Shown piece after piece: positions 1-8,718 of a stretch of 52,584 nt of DNA. The stretch's first letter is position 1. Every line of letters starts with the position of its first letter. Where the stretch lies: the IMG/VR virus record IMGVR_UViG_3300032046_000034, positions 1-52,584 of that record, one strand, 5' to 3'. The stretch is from a virus. Lineage: Duplodnaviria > Caudoviricetes. The notes below the pieces were generated by a model. That model was not told where the DNA came from. It was given only the letters and a program-made list of their open reading frames with translations, and made no database searches. A program made the position numbers and the translations under genes.

Positions 1-125
1 TGCCTTGGCCGCCCGCTCCTCGATGGCGCCGGCACCAGCCATTCCAGCGGTGACGGCCTCCATCACCATGTCGCGCAGCGGGCCACGCTCATCTGTCAGC
101 TTCGCGTGGGCAGCGACAATTTCCT
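1..125. repeat. Terminal overlap identical to 52460-52584 (circular assembly)
   Basis: Exact 125-bp match between the two ends; the capsid ORF reads through the junction. Confidence 0.97.
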
Positions 126-213
126 CCAACTGCCCATCCCGGATGATCTGCCCCATGCGCTTCGGGTCACGCATGAGTTCCTGAAGCCCCTCTAGGGTGT
201 CGGGGATCTCCAT
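1..213 (-). CDS. Major capsid protein, 5' part (continues into 52459..51296; ~458 aa total)
   Basis: ATG at 213 after AGAAAGGA RBS gives MEIPDTLEGLQELMRDPKRMG..., in frame with the 410-aa ORF at the other end. Confidence 0.9.
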   Translation of the reverse strand, partial: MEIPDTLEGLQELMRDPKRMGQIIRDGQLEEIVAAHAKLTDERGPLRDMVMEAVTAGMAGAGAIEERAAKA

Positions 214-215
214 GA

Positions 216-1238
216 TCAGTTGTCCTTTCTGCTGAACGCTTCCTCGACAGGATGTTCAGCCAGTAGTTTTTCTAGGTTAGGTTCGGGCGCGACGTATCGC
301 GCATACTCGGTGAGAACCCCTGCCCAGTCAATGCCCGTGAAGGCGTCAGCGGCACCGTCGTCGGCAGCCTCGTCGCCCTCGCTGGCGGCCTCAAAGCTGC
401 CGTCGTGGTCCTCGCAATGCGAGCGAGCAGCATCAGCGGTCCAGATGGTTTTCGGATAGCGGTAGGCTAGCTCGGTGCTTGAGGTCTCGCCCTTCAGCCT
501 GCCGATGATCACGTCGTACCGCTTGCCGTCATGATTCCGACTCATCCGCCGGAAGGAATCAGGCTGAAAGTCGTCTGGGTCCTTGAGACGGCATGCGTGC
601 TCATTGGGATAGGGGTTCTGAATGGATGGATCGGATGCCTGCGGAACCCAGTCCGGCACGTTCTCGAACTGCGAGAGGTTGAAAATGCCCACGCGGTTCT
701 GTGTCTTCGCTGGACCCACTAGGCCATCGGCTAGGCCAGCATCGACCGCCTCCTGCGCCCGATACCACGTCTCCGCCTGCATCGCCCCACGCCAGTCGGC
801 CTCGGTGCCGCCGGCGCGCCCCGCATAGATGGCGGCGATGGTGTCACCCATCTTCCCGAGCGTCTCCGCCATCTTGGCCATGTCGGTGGCATCGCCCATC
901 ACCAGGCCATGCGGCTCGTGGATCATCATGGTTGACCCTTCCGCCATGAGGACCGTGTCGCCAGCCTGAGCGATGAACGATGCAGCCGAGGCCGCGAGGC
1001 CATCGACGACGGCGTTGACATCAGCGGCATGGCGCTTCAGGGCGTTGTAGATAGCGATGCCGTCGAAGACATCCCCACCCGGGGAGTTGACGCGAAGGTT
1101 GATGTTCTTCGCCTTGATGCCCTGCAACTCCTTGACGAAATCCTTGGCGGACACGCCATAGGAACCGATCTCGTCATAGAGCAGGACTTCGACGGAGCCG
1201 TCACCTGCGTTCTGGATTTCGTACCATGTTCGCTTCAT
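216..1238 (-). CDS. ClpP-type prohead maturation protease with C-terminal extension
   Basis: LYDEIG, INSPGG-like VNSPGGDVFDGIAIYN, GLAASAASFI, MMIHEP and ETWY..EAV..GLAD motifs; start MKRTWYEI after AGGAGG. Confidence 0.92.
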   Translation of the reverse strand: MKRTWYEIQNAGDGSVEVLLYDEIGSYGVSAKDFVKELQGIKAKNINLRVNSPGGDVFDGIAIYNALKRHAADVNAVVDGLAASAASFIAQAGDTVLMAEGSTMMIHEPHGLVMGDATDMAKMAETLGKMGDTIAAIYAGRAGGTEADWRGAMQAETWYRAQEAVDAGLADGLVGPAKTQNRVGIFNLSQFENVPDWVPQASDPSIQNPYPNEHACRLKDPDDFQPDSFRRMSRNHDGKRYDVIIGRLKGETSSTELAYRYPKTIWTADAARSHCEDHDGSFEAASEGDEAADDGAADAFTGIDWAGVLTEYARYVAPEPNLEKLLAEHPVEEAFSRKDN

Positions 1239-1257
1239 AGGCCCCTCCTTCTGGGGC

Positions 1258-1284
1258 AAAGAAAAACGCCCCTTCGGGACGTTC
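1258..1284 (-). terminator. Hairpin plus U-tract just upstream of the protease gene
   Basis: Minus strand AACGTCCC-GAA-GGGGCGTT followed by TTTCTTT. Confidence 0.55.
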
Positions 1285-1324
1285 ACTGACCTCTCAGCCT
1301 GGGCGCTCTAGGCGCCTCTGTGGC

Positions 1325-1567
1325 CTATTCGGTTATGCGCCTTAATCCGGTCTCTTGCAGTTGCTCATCAGTCAACTGGCTGACGCTCTCATTTGGGTGG
1401 AGAACTATGCAGAGGCAACGGCGGTCAGCGCCCAATGCCTCTCCCAGAACCTCCCGTAGCCCGTCAAAGCGTTCCGCTGTGCCCCCCGCATTCAACTTCA
1501 GCAAGAGGATGTCCCCGTCCTCAACATGCAGGCGCTCTATCTCTGAGATCAGATCATCCGTCTTCAC
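1325..1567 (-). CDS. Hypothetical protein
   Basis: Packed between portal and protease; plausible composition. Confidence 0.65.
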   Translation of the reverse strand: MKTDDLISEIERLHVEDGDILLLKLNAGGTAERFDGLREVLGEALGADRRCLCIVLHPNESVSQLTDEQLQETGLRRITE

Positions 1568-1568
1568 T

Positions 1569-3101
1569 CTAAGCCTCCACCAGAAACTGCTCCCTACATC
1601 GGACGCAAGTAAGGCTCGCGCCGACGTTGACGCCCTCGCCTACCTTCCGGCCACACTTAGTACACCGGACTTCCTCAACGAGAGCGGCGGGGCCAGGAGG
1701 AAGAGCCGGAGGCTGAATCGGCGGAGGCGGGGGTGCCTCAAACGCCCCCGCCTTCAGGATCATCATGTTGGCCGGCACCATGAACGTGCCGTCGGTCGGG
1801 TTCGGGTCGAAGCCGATGGCCTCTCGCCCCTCTTCCCAGGACTCCAAGCCGCCAGCCACGTTCTTGCGGTGCCGTTCGTGAATCTTGTCCACGTCTTCCT
1901 GTAGGGCTCGGATATCGCTCAGGTCGAACAGAAGATCGTCGATGCCCCCGAAGTCGGGCCGGAGCCGAAGGTTCAGCACATCGTCCAGGTCGCTCAGGAG
2001 CGGCGTCATGGTCAGGTCCCAGAAGACCTGCCAGTCCTGGCGCTTGTTGGCGTAGGAAGAGGACTCATAGCCGATCAGGAGGCCGAGGATGGAGCCGGGA
2101 ATCCCGAAGACCATTGCGATCCGCGCTTCCTGGACGGCGTCGATCTCCTTGGGCAGGGCGTCGCGTAGACCTCGGTTCAGGCCCATCTGCTGATAGGTAG
2201 ATTCGGCCTGGTCGAGGATCATCATCTCGTGATAGCCGCCCGCGCCGCCGAACTGCCGCCGGAACCTTTCGCGGATCTCGTCCTTGGCTTCCTGGGAGAC
2301 CTTCTGCTTCACCGACAGGATGGACCCGGGGCCGGTGCCGCCGCGCTCGAAGAAGGACTGAAGGAAGTTCCGCATGTATTCGTCGATGTCCACGCGGCCG
2401 GCGATCGCCATCAGCGGCGGCATACCGTAGTAGTCACTCAGCGGGTGCCGCGTCTTGAAGTGGATGATGTCTTTGGGCGGATAGGTCACGCCGGCGGCGC
2501 CACCATACTCATACCCCGCGATGAAGTTCTTGGGGTCGGGGATGATCCGCACGCGGTCGGGCCGCAGGCGCCACAGTTCAGCCACCGCGCCCTTGAGCGG
2601 GCCATCCTGCACGCGGGCCTTCAAGAGATAGGCGTTGCCAGCCAGGGCGCGGTCCATGACGATGGTGCCCCACATCTGGCCGCGTGACATGAAGGGGTTG
2701 GGGTTGTTGAGTAAGCGAATGAGTGCATGGTTCGGGAGATCGAGGTAGAAGCCGTTCTCGACCATCCGGGCGTACACGTCCCGCAAAGGCACGCCCCGGT
2801 GGATAAGCCGATGCTCCTCAGCCTTGATCGTGGCCCTGACCTCGGCGCCAACGCTGTTCTGGAACATGGGACTCTCGCGGCGCCAGCGCCGGCCGACGAT
2901 ATGAGGCTCCCCCGCTGAGGTCGCCAGCATTTCGATGGCGGCGAAGACGATCTCGTTCCGCATGTAGGCGCGTGAGTAGCCGAGGTATCCCTGCTGCGGC
3001 AGCGCCCCGTACTGCTGCCAGGGGACGCTTAGAACCGGCGGGGCCGCCGCTGTCTGTCGCCTGACTACCGTGCGGAGTGCATCTGCGATCAAGCCCATCA
3101 T
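1569..3101 (-). CDS. HK97-family portal protein with C-terminal Pro-rich linker and zinc ribbon
   Basis: LLNNPNPFMS, LAGNAY, LWRLRPDRV, IIHFK..P..DYYGMPPL and IAMVFGIP motifs; start MMGLIADAL. Confidence 0.93.
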   Translation of the reverse strand: MMGLIADALRTVVRRQTAAAPPVLSVPWQQYGALPQQGYLGYSRAYMRNEIVFAAIEMLATSAGEPHIVGRRWRRESPMFQNSVGAEVRATIKAEEHRLIHRGVPLRDVYARMVENGFYLDLPNHALIRLLNNPNPFMSRGQMWGTIVMDRALAGNAYLLKARVQDGPLKGAVAELWRLRPDRVRIIPDPKNFIAGYEYGGAAGVTYPPKDIIHFKTRHPLSDYYGMPPLMAIAGRVDIDEYMRNFLQSFFERGGTGPGSILSVKQKVSQEAKDEIRERFRRQFGGAGGYHEMMILDQAESTYQQMGLNRGLRDALPKEIDAVQEARIAMVFGIPGSILGLLIGYESSSYANKRQDWQVFWDLTMTPLLSDLDDVLNLRLRPDFGGIDDLLFDLSDIRALQEDVDKIHERHRKNVAGGLESWEEGREAIGFDPNPTDGTFMVPANMMILKAGAFEAPPPPPIQPPALPPGPAALVEEVRCTKCGRKVGEGVNVGASLTCVRCREQFLVEA

Positions 3102-3256
3102 TTCACCTTGATCTGAAGCAGGCGAGGGGCCCAACCAGCCATTCTGGCGGTGACCCCTGGAGACACCATTTGCACAAGGAGGCAGAGCCTCAGCCATAGA
3201 ACCGCCAACCAGACACGCCGTATTTCAACTGAGATTGAGAGACCTCCTGGAGCCAT
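3098..3256 (-). CDS. Small hydrophobic protein (52 aa)
   Basis: MAPGGLSISVEIRRVWLAVLWLRLC...; TAATG and ATGA overlaps with neighbours. Confidence 0.55.
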   Translation of the reverse strand: MAPGGLSISVEIRRVWLAVLWLRLCLLVQMVSPGVTARMAGWAPRLLQIKVK

Positions 3257-3420
3257 TAGATCGACCTCATTTCCTCAAAGACTGCCACGGCGATCCCGCC
3301 CACCGCAGCCAGGAGAATGAGCCCGATGGCGACGGCTACAAGCAGGACGAACAGCTCCGCAAGCATCTGCCTGTCCTCAGAGTCGAGCAGGGAATCCAAG
3401 AGGCGCAGGAGCCTCCTCAT
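3256..3420 (-). CDS. Small membrane protein (54 aa)
   Basis: MRRLLRLLDSLLDSEDRQMLAELFVLLVAVAIGLILLAAVGGIAVAVF; one TM helix; coupled to neighbours. Confidence 0.65.
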   Translation of the reverse strand: MRRLLRLLDSLLDSEDRQMLAELFVLLVAVAIGLILLAAVGGIAVAVFEEMRSI

Positions 3421-3620
3421 CGAAAGGCCACTACGACGATAGCCAGAACCAGGCTGATCACGTACAAGGTGGCAGCAAGGACCATGACTCTCAGAGTAGT
3501 GCGCAGCCCGTGGTTATTGGCTTCCATCTGCCTCGCCAGGCCTTGCAGGCTGGTTCCCAGCCGCTGGTTATTGGCTTCTATCTCTCTCATTAACCTCTGG
3601 AGCATGTCTAGGTTAGACAA
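3417..3620 (-). CDS. Small coiled-coil plus TM protein
   Basis: Repeated EANN heptads and a C-terminal hydrophobic helix. Confidence 0.6.
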   Translation of the reverse strand: MSNLDMLQRLMREIEANNQRLGTSLQGLARQMEANNHGLRTTLRVMVLAATLYVISLVLAIVVVAFR

Positions 3621-3711
3621 ACATCACCCCCACTTCGTCATCTTTCGCCTCAGCGGCGCCAGCGGCCACGGCCGCCGCATACCCCTCCCAGGATAGGCAC
3701 CCCGCCATCGC
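3613..3711 (-). pseudogene. Relic copy of the terL 3' end
   Basis: AMAGCLSWEGYAAAVAAGAAEAKDDEVGVMFV* versus TerL AMAGCLSWEAYTAAIAAGAVAEEEVAGVMFV*. Confidence 0.85.
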
Positions 3712-3735
3712 GTTCCCGTACCGGGGCAGCGGTGG

Positions 3736-3921
3736 TCAAGATTCTGTTCTCCAACTGGATAGGTGACAAGTGCGGAGGTGCCCTTCGCGTTCCAAGTCGG
3801 TACCGCAGCATTGGCGAATGAGTTTGACTTCAAAATGGCGATCTTCCTGTGCTGGGTCTGATGCTCGAAAGCATTGAACCTGGATTTCCGAGCCATGAAT
3901 GGGACACTCGAACGCCTTCAT
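3736..3921 (-). CDS. Small Cys/His-rich hypothetical protein
   Basis: MKAFECPIHGSE... after GGAGGA RBS; ATGA coupling. Confidence 0.55.
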   Translation of the reverse strand: MKAFECPIHGSEIQVQCFRASDPAQEDRHFEVKLIRQCCGTDLEREGHLRTCHLSSWRTES

Positions 3922-4133
3922 TCCTCCACCATCCTCCTGTAGTCTGCGATGGCCGTGATGCTGGCAGGTTGCTCCTTCCGCATGGAGGCCCGCGAGTACC
4001 CGAGGTAGCCCTGCTGGGGGGTCGCACTGTATTATCCCCACGGCACGCCGACAATGGGCGGGCTCGAGGTCGACGGTGAGCCGACTAGAGCTCGGAATAC
4101 GCCGGCAACTCTCTCCCGCAGTGCCTCAAACAA
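3918..4133 (-). pseudogene. Relic copy of the portal 5' end with internal TAA
   Basis: PPIVGVPWG*YSATPQQGYLGYSRASMRKE versus portal PPVLSVPWQQYGALPQQGYLGYSRAYMRNE. Confidence 0.85.
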
Positions 4134-5805
4134 ACATCACACCTGCGACTTCCTCTTCGGCCACGGCCCCCGCTGCGATCGCAGCCGTGTAGGCTTCCCA
4201 GGACAGGCAGCCGGCCATTGCTGCATCTATCTTCAGCGGTGAGTCGGGCCGCTCCTTCTGGATTGTCCACATCCGCTCGCCCTGGTCATCCCTGAACTGC
4301 TGCATGTGCTTGTGGGAATTCAGGATACTGGCAGTGAAATGGGGATCGCCGTCGTGGGTCAGGGCTCCAGTCTGGACCGCGTTCCGGTAGGCGAGGAGGG
4401 AGGCCGCCATCTTGTGATACTTCGTCGTGTCCCAACTAACCACCACTTCGGCCCCGTAGCGACCCGCCCAAGCTCCGATCATATCGCGCCAGTAGAATGG
4501 GTCAGCGTTGAAGCGCCAGACCTTCCAGCGGCGGAAGGCATCATCCACGGTCTCATCGACCTCGAGGAATGGCATGCGACTCTCGCCGGAATCCATGAGT
4601 TCGGGTTCCCAGTAGCCAACGATCCATTGATGGGCCGTGGCCACCTCCGTACCGATAAGGGCAGTGTGATCGCGCCAGATAGCACCATCGAGTTTCGAGC
4701 CGTCGAAGCCGAGAGTGATGAGCGCCCCGTCGGGCACGATGTACCCCCGCCGTACCAGCGTCTCCCATTGCTTGCCGTCAAAGGGCTTGTCCTCTTCGGC
4801 GACGATCTGGTTCAGGTAGAAGCGGCGGGCGATGGCGGGTGAGGTCCGGGGGTCGTGGATCTCAGCAATCAGACGGTCGGGGTCGATCCAGCCGGAGTTT
4901 CCCCTCGCCACCAAGATGCCAGCACGTAATGACTCATCATCACTGAGGTCGGTGTCTTCCGGCGCCTCGAGGGAGTCATAGAGAAAGTCGGTCGCACTCG
5001 AAAGCCCTTGCGCCACCTTCTGCCAGGTTTCGTAATCATGTTGGGCAACAGAGTCCTCGCCCGGAGCATGGGCATTCGTGATAGCCAACACCCGCGACGA
5101 ACCGTCGCGTGACTTCGCCGCGTTCCTGGCGATCACATTCGCCATCGCATGCCCTTCGTTGGATCGAAGCCAGTGCTGGGTTTCGTCCATGACGATAAAG
5201 GTCGCACGGCCACCTTCTAGGGCCCGCGGTGAGCTGGTGACTGCCTCGAGGCGACAGCGTCCACCGTGGGCATAGATGATTTCCTTGCCAAGGTCGACCT
5301 GAAACTCGGCGATGGCCTCCCTACTAATCATCGCTGGGAACAGCGCCATCGAGTTCCGAGTTTGGTCACGTGAAACCGCAGCGGTCTGTACCCAACTCGA
5401 ATAGTGAGGTTTGCCGATCGGCCAGCCGTTCTGGTCAATCTTGCCAGTAGAGCGGCATGGCCCCAGGAGTTCGATGGCGCAGATGGCGGCGGCAAACGGG
5501 TTTTTGCCAGCGCCCTTCATGCGCCGGTAGACGCCTGAGCGATACTCAAAGCGATCATTCTCGCCAAGTGCATACCACCATAGGAGGAACCGCTTTTGTT
5601 CGGGCGTGAACTCCCAAGGTGCGCCGGCATTGGGGCCATCAGGTTGACGCAACCATTTCCTCGCCCACGCAATCATGCGATGCCCAAGCGACCACATTGG
5701 GGGCAGTAAAATCTCGCCGCTAGAATCACGCTGCCAAGTCGGGCCAATCGTGACTGGCAGGGTTGGGCCGATCGTGAGTGGCCGGGCCTCCAGGAGCATG
5801 GTCAT
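4126..5805 (-). CDS. terL: Terminase large subunit
   Basis: Walker A-like RMKGAGKN, TAAVSRDQ, Walker B FIVMDETQHW, ITNAH, LGFDGS and KIDAAMA nuclease motifs. Confidence 0.95.
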   Translation of the reverse strand: MTMLLEARPLTIGPTLPVTIGPTWQRDSSGEILLPPMWSLGHRMIAWARKWLRQPDGPNAGAPWEFTPEQKRFLLWWYALGENDRFEYRSGVYRRMKGAGKNPFAAAICAIELLGPCRSTGKIDQNGWPIGKPHYSSWVQTAAVSRDQTRNSMALFPAMISREAIAEFQVDLGKEIIYAHGGRCRLEAVTSSPRALEGGRATFIVMDETQHWLRSNEGHAMANVIARNAAKSRDGSSRVLAITNAHAPGEDSVAQHDYETWQKVAQGLSSATDFLYDSLEAPEDTDLSDDESLRAGILVARGNSGWIDPDRLIAEIHDPRTSPAIARRFYLNQIVAEEDKPFDGKQWETLVRRGYIVPDGALITLGFDGSKLDGAIWRDHTALIGTEVATAHQWIVGYWEPELMDSGESRMPFLEVDETVDDAFRRWKVWRFNADPFYWRDMIGAWAGRYGAEVVVSWDTTKYHKMAASLLAYRNAVQTGALTHDGDPHFTASILNSHKHMQQFRDDQGERMWTIQKERPDSPLKIDAAMAGCLSWEAYTAAIAAGAVAEEEVAGVMFV

Positions 5806-6404
5806 GTGGCCTGCCTCCGGCCTGCTCTCCATTCAACCAGAAAGCGTGAAGCCTTACTGTAGTTACAAGGGCCGCAGGCTGGTAGAAGGTTGCCGATTCG
5901 ATGTTCGCCGCCGCGTGACAGCGGCGTGATGTGATCACGTTGTAGGGGCACGCCTACCATCCCACAGTAAGCGCACGCGCCCTGGAATCGCGCCATGAGG
6001 CGTACCCAATCACGCTCGGTAACGATGAATGTCTGAGCATCACGAAGTCGCGCTCGGCGCCGAAGACGAAACTCCTTTGACTTGATGGGGAAGCGCCGCA
6101 GGTAATCACGGGCGTATGCGCGCCTTCGATCGCCCTCACGCAAGTATCGCAGGCGATCCCGCTCAGCGTTCCGCCCATCTTCGGATCGTCGCCGCTCGGA
6201 GTCCCGCGTCTTGCATGATCGTGAGCAATAGATCGCGTGTGAACGCTTCTGGGCGATGTCAACGCCGCAGATAGGGCAGACTCGTGCCCGAATTGGATGA
6301 TGTATCCGCCAGAGGAACCGATCCTTACAGATGCGACCACAATATGCCGCCCGTTTGGTCACCGCCTCAAATTCAGCCTGGCACGTCCGGCATACCTTAA
6401 CCAC
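5802..6404 (-). CDS. HNH endonuclease with Zn-finger repeats
   Basis: CAYCG...RDHITPLSRGGEHRIGNLLPACGPCNYSK; CxxC...YCSxxC repeats; GTG start overlaps the terS stop. Confidence 0.88.
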   Translation of the reverse strand: MVKVCRTCQAEFEAVTKRAAYCGRICKDRFLWRIHHPIRARVCPICGVDIAQKRSHAIYCSRSCKTRDSERRRSEDGRNAERDRLRYLREGDRRRAYARDYLRRFPIKSKEFRLRRRARLRDAQTFIVTERDWVRLMARFQGACAYCGMVGVPLQRDHITPLSRGGEHRIGNLLPACGPCNYSKASRFLVEWRAGRRQAT

Positions 6405-6828
6405 GGAGGTCTCTCCGATAGGCGTCCATGTCAAGCACGGCTTCATCGTCGCTCTTACCTTCAGTCGCTTCGACGTACCGAATCCGCAGGTCGCGCCGGG
6501 CGTCCAGGGTAGTACCAAGAATCTTCTCGCGCTGCCTGAGTTCGACGGCCATCTTCGTGTCACCGTCATGGAAGGCAGCAGCGACCTCAGCGGTGTCGAG
6601 AGCGAACTGCCAGTCAGCCTCGGTCCATAGGGAGACGTGAGGCATACGGCGGATGACGCCCCACCATCGCTTCGTCGCCTCGGGCCAGGCGCGGCCCGTA
6701 GCCTGCTTGGCAGGAAGATGGGGCCCACCTCGATGTGTCCGGCGGTCGACCTCGATCCAGTCATGGCGAGGCTTGTTCTGGTTCCGCCGCTGGTCTTCGG
6801 GCTTGGGCTTGCGGCCAACTATCGCCAT
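6397..6828 (-). CDS. terS: Terminase small subunit
   Basis: GRKPKP..RRN, WPEATKRWW and ELRQREKILG.T..AR..LRI pattern; lies upstream of terL. Confidence 0.8.
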   Translation of the reverse strand: MAIVGRKPKPEDQRRNQNKPRHDWIEVDRRTHRGGPHLPAKQATGRAWPEATKRWWGVIRRMPHVSLWTEADWQFALDTAEVAAAFHDGDTKMAVELRQREKILGTTLDARRDLRIRYVEATEGKSDDEAVLDMDAYRRDLRG

Positions 6829-6859
6829 CGCGTTTCCTCAATGGGTTGGAGATTCATAA

Positions 6860-7570
6860 TTAGCCTTTGCATGGTACGGCAACGACTCCCAGACTTTGGC
6901 GGTTCAGATTTTTGACCGGGTATTCCCACTTGTGGCGCGGATGCCGTCTCAACTTTGGTCTATACGATTCACGATTCCTTACCCTCATCATTGCGAGCGC
7001 GCAGAACGGGGAACAATATCTCCACCGTGAACTGAGAGCAAAGGGTTCCCCGCAATATGCACACTGGCGCTCGGTCGGTGACAGGCCTTCGGGCCTTGGC
7101 TCCGCGCTAGCACCCAGCGGTAGTTGTACGGGAATGCGTCCTATCCAGCGGGCCGAGTTACAACTGCGGTGAGCAAGAGCGATATTGGTCCATTCATCTG
7201 AGCCACCATAGCTAAAGGGGATCAAGTGATCGTGGCTAGCGTTCTCACGTTTCACCTGCTTGCTACAGATATGACATCGCCAACCATCACGTTCGCCTAG
7301 ATCATTAAGGTTTACCCTCGCCCGCCTCGCCCTTCCCGCGCCTGGACTATGAGGTATCTGGTGGGCGAGGCCAGCGCACTTCCTAGAGCAGTACTTCGCT
7401 TCTGCGTGTCCCTTGCTCTTGAAGAGGCGGCCACAAGTCACGCAGGGTATCGCCTCTCGATGATGATTGGTCGGAGAATGCTCAGCACATCGTCGCCCAT
7501 AGCCTTTGGCGAAACGGACTGCGCTCACGTTAGTACAGGCGATGCCACAGATTTCACAGACACCATTCAC
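6860..7570 (-). CDS. HNH endonuclease with Zn-finger repeats
   Basis: ERDGWRCHIC...DHLIPFSYGGSDEWTNIALAHRSCN. Confidence 0.88.
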   Translation of the reverse strand: MNGVCEICGIACTNVSAVRFAKGYGRRCAEHSPTNHHREAIPCVTCGRLFKSKGHAEAKYCSRKCAGLAHQIPHSPGAGRARRARVNLNDLGERDGWRCHICSKQVKRENASHDHLIPFSYGGSDEWTNIALAHRSCNSARWIGRIPVQLPLGASAEPRPEGLSPTERQCAYCGEPFALSSRWRYCSPFCALAMMRVRNRESYRPKLRRHPRHKWEYPVKNLNRQSLGVVAVPCKG

Positions 7571-7596
7571 GCCATCCCGAGAGGTCGGACTGCGCC

Positions 7597-7920
7597 TTAT
7601 CCCCGTCCCGCCCTCGCTTCCCGCCTTCGCTTGATCTCATTGCACTGAACACATGCGGCAACGAGGTTTGAAGGATCATCACTACCGCCTCGGGCCAAGC
7701 CGATGACATGGTCGACCACGGTTGCCGGGCCGCCACAGTAGCGACAGGTGTAGTTGTCCCTCAGCAAGACGCTCACCCGTACTCGCTGCCAGGCCCAACC
7801 TGAGCCAGAGGTCATCTGGTGTGGGCGACTTCGTTGCCACGGCTTGATGGGATGAACGGCACAGGGACGGAGATGTCCACAACCCGGCGTCGAGCAGGGC
7901 GAGGCGGGAGCGGTGGGCAC
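7597..7920 (-). CDS. Small HNH protein (HK97 gp74-like packaging cofactor)
   Basis: LRDNYTCRYCGGPATVVDHVI..ARGGSDDPSNLVAACVQCN; size and position typical of cos phages. Confidence 0.85.
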   Translation of the reverse strand: MPTAPASPCSTPGCGHLRPCAVHPIKPWQRSRPHQMTSGSGWAWQRVRVSVLLRDNYTCRYCGGPATVVDHVIGLARGGSDDPSNLVAACVQCNEIKRRREARAGRG

Positions 7921-8207
7921 TACGGGATGCTCCTCAACTCAGCAAGGTTCCGCTCGTCTACGGCCAGCATGTAGCGGATCTCGTGCTCGCGGCCTCGGGG
8001 CGGAAGCCGTGATGGGTAGTCATAGGTGCCCGCTCGCTTCGTCGCCTCAGCCATGAGGAAGGCCCGTAGTACGGGGTCACGCTTCACGGGCTCGTCCACA
8101 TAGCCGCAGGTGCAGCATGAATGATAGACGCCGGCCGGCCCCTCTAGGTGCCAGCAGGTGACTCCCCCACAGTGAGGGCAGGGCCCGGGTGGTACTCGCT
8201 TGCACAT
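7920..8207 (-). CDS. Zn-ribbon hypothetical protein
   Basis: CPHC...CCTC; abuts the HNH gene. Confidence 0.55.
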   Translation of the reverse strand: MCKRVPPGPCPHCGGVTCWHLEGPAGVYHSCCTCGYVDEPVKRDPVLRAFLMAEATKRAGTYDYPSRLPPRGREHEIRYMLAVDERNLAELRSIP

Positions 8208-8212
8208 GGCAT

Positions 8213-8239
8213 AAGAAAACGCCCCCATCTCTGGGGGCG
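8213..8239 (-). terminator. Intrinsic terminator
   Basis: CGCCCCCA-GAGA-TGGGGGCG then TTTTCTT. Confidence 0.75.
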
Positions 8240-8269
8240 CTGCTCCCTGGGCGGAAGACTCCTATCTTA

Positions 8270-8299
8270 GTACGTACACCCTGTTTTGCCCTTTGTCAA
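8270..8299 (-). promoter_or_regulatory. Putative late promoter (-35 TTGACA, weak -10)
   Basis: TTGACA at 8299-8294 in an AT-rich intergenic gap; -10 non-consensus. Confidence 0.4.
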
Positions 8300-8442
8300 T
8301 GTGTTTCCGTCGGATCATGCGTGGTGGCCCTTCACCCTACCGCACCCACAGCGCCAGCAGCAATATGCCCTCAGCTAGCAGTCCGGCGATGATGAGAGGC
8401 CACAACTCACGCATTAGCCTTCCCGCTATCCTGCCCAGAATG

Positions 8443-8670
8443 TCAAACATCAGGGACCTCCTGTTGGCGGGCAGCCTCGTATATCACCTTGAGCAGCGGA
8501 GCGAATTCTACGGACACCATTAGGTCTCGTCTGGCCTGCGCCCCCTTCTGCCTATTCCACCCACCGATGATGTCCCAAATGTTGAACGGTAAGCCCAAGT
8601 AGTCTTGCGTGCCCATAATGGCGGCGCGCATCTGGGGCGTTACTTCTGTTGCATCCGAACCTTGTGTCAC
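8443..8670 (-). CDS. Hypothetical protein
   Basis: GGAGAAGG RBS; coupled to a small downstream TM ORF (8337-8450). Confidence 0.55.
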   Translation of the reverse strand: MTQGSDATEVTPQMRAAIMGTQDYLGLPFNIWDIIGGWNRQKGAQARRDLMVSVEFAPLLKVIYEAARQQEVPDV

Positions 8671-8718
8671 GACACCTTCTCCTTCAGCATCAACCCCGGC
8701 TCCACGAACCCGCCGCCC

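Noticed and set aside
1-125. Physical terminal repeat of the virion DNA
   Set aside because: It falls inside the capsid gene and has a k-mer-like length; more likely an assembler overlap of a circular contig.
3613-4133. Diversity-generating retroelement template/variable repeats
   Set aside because: No reverse transcriptase is present and the differences are not adenine-specific.
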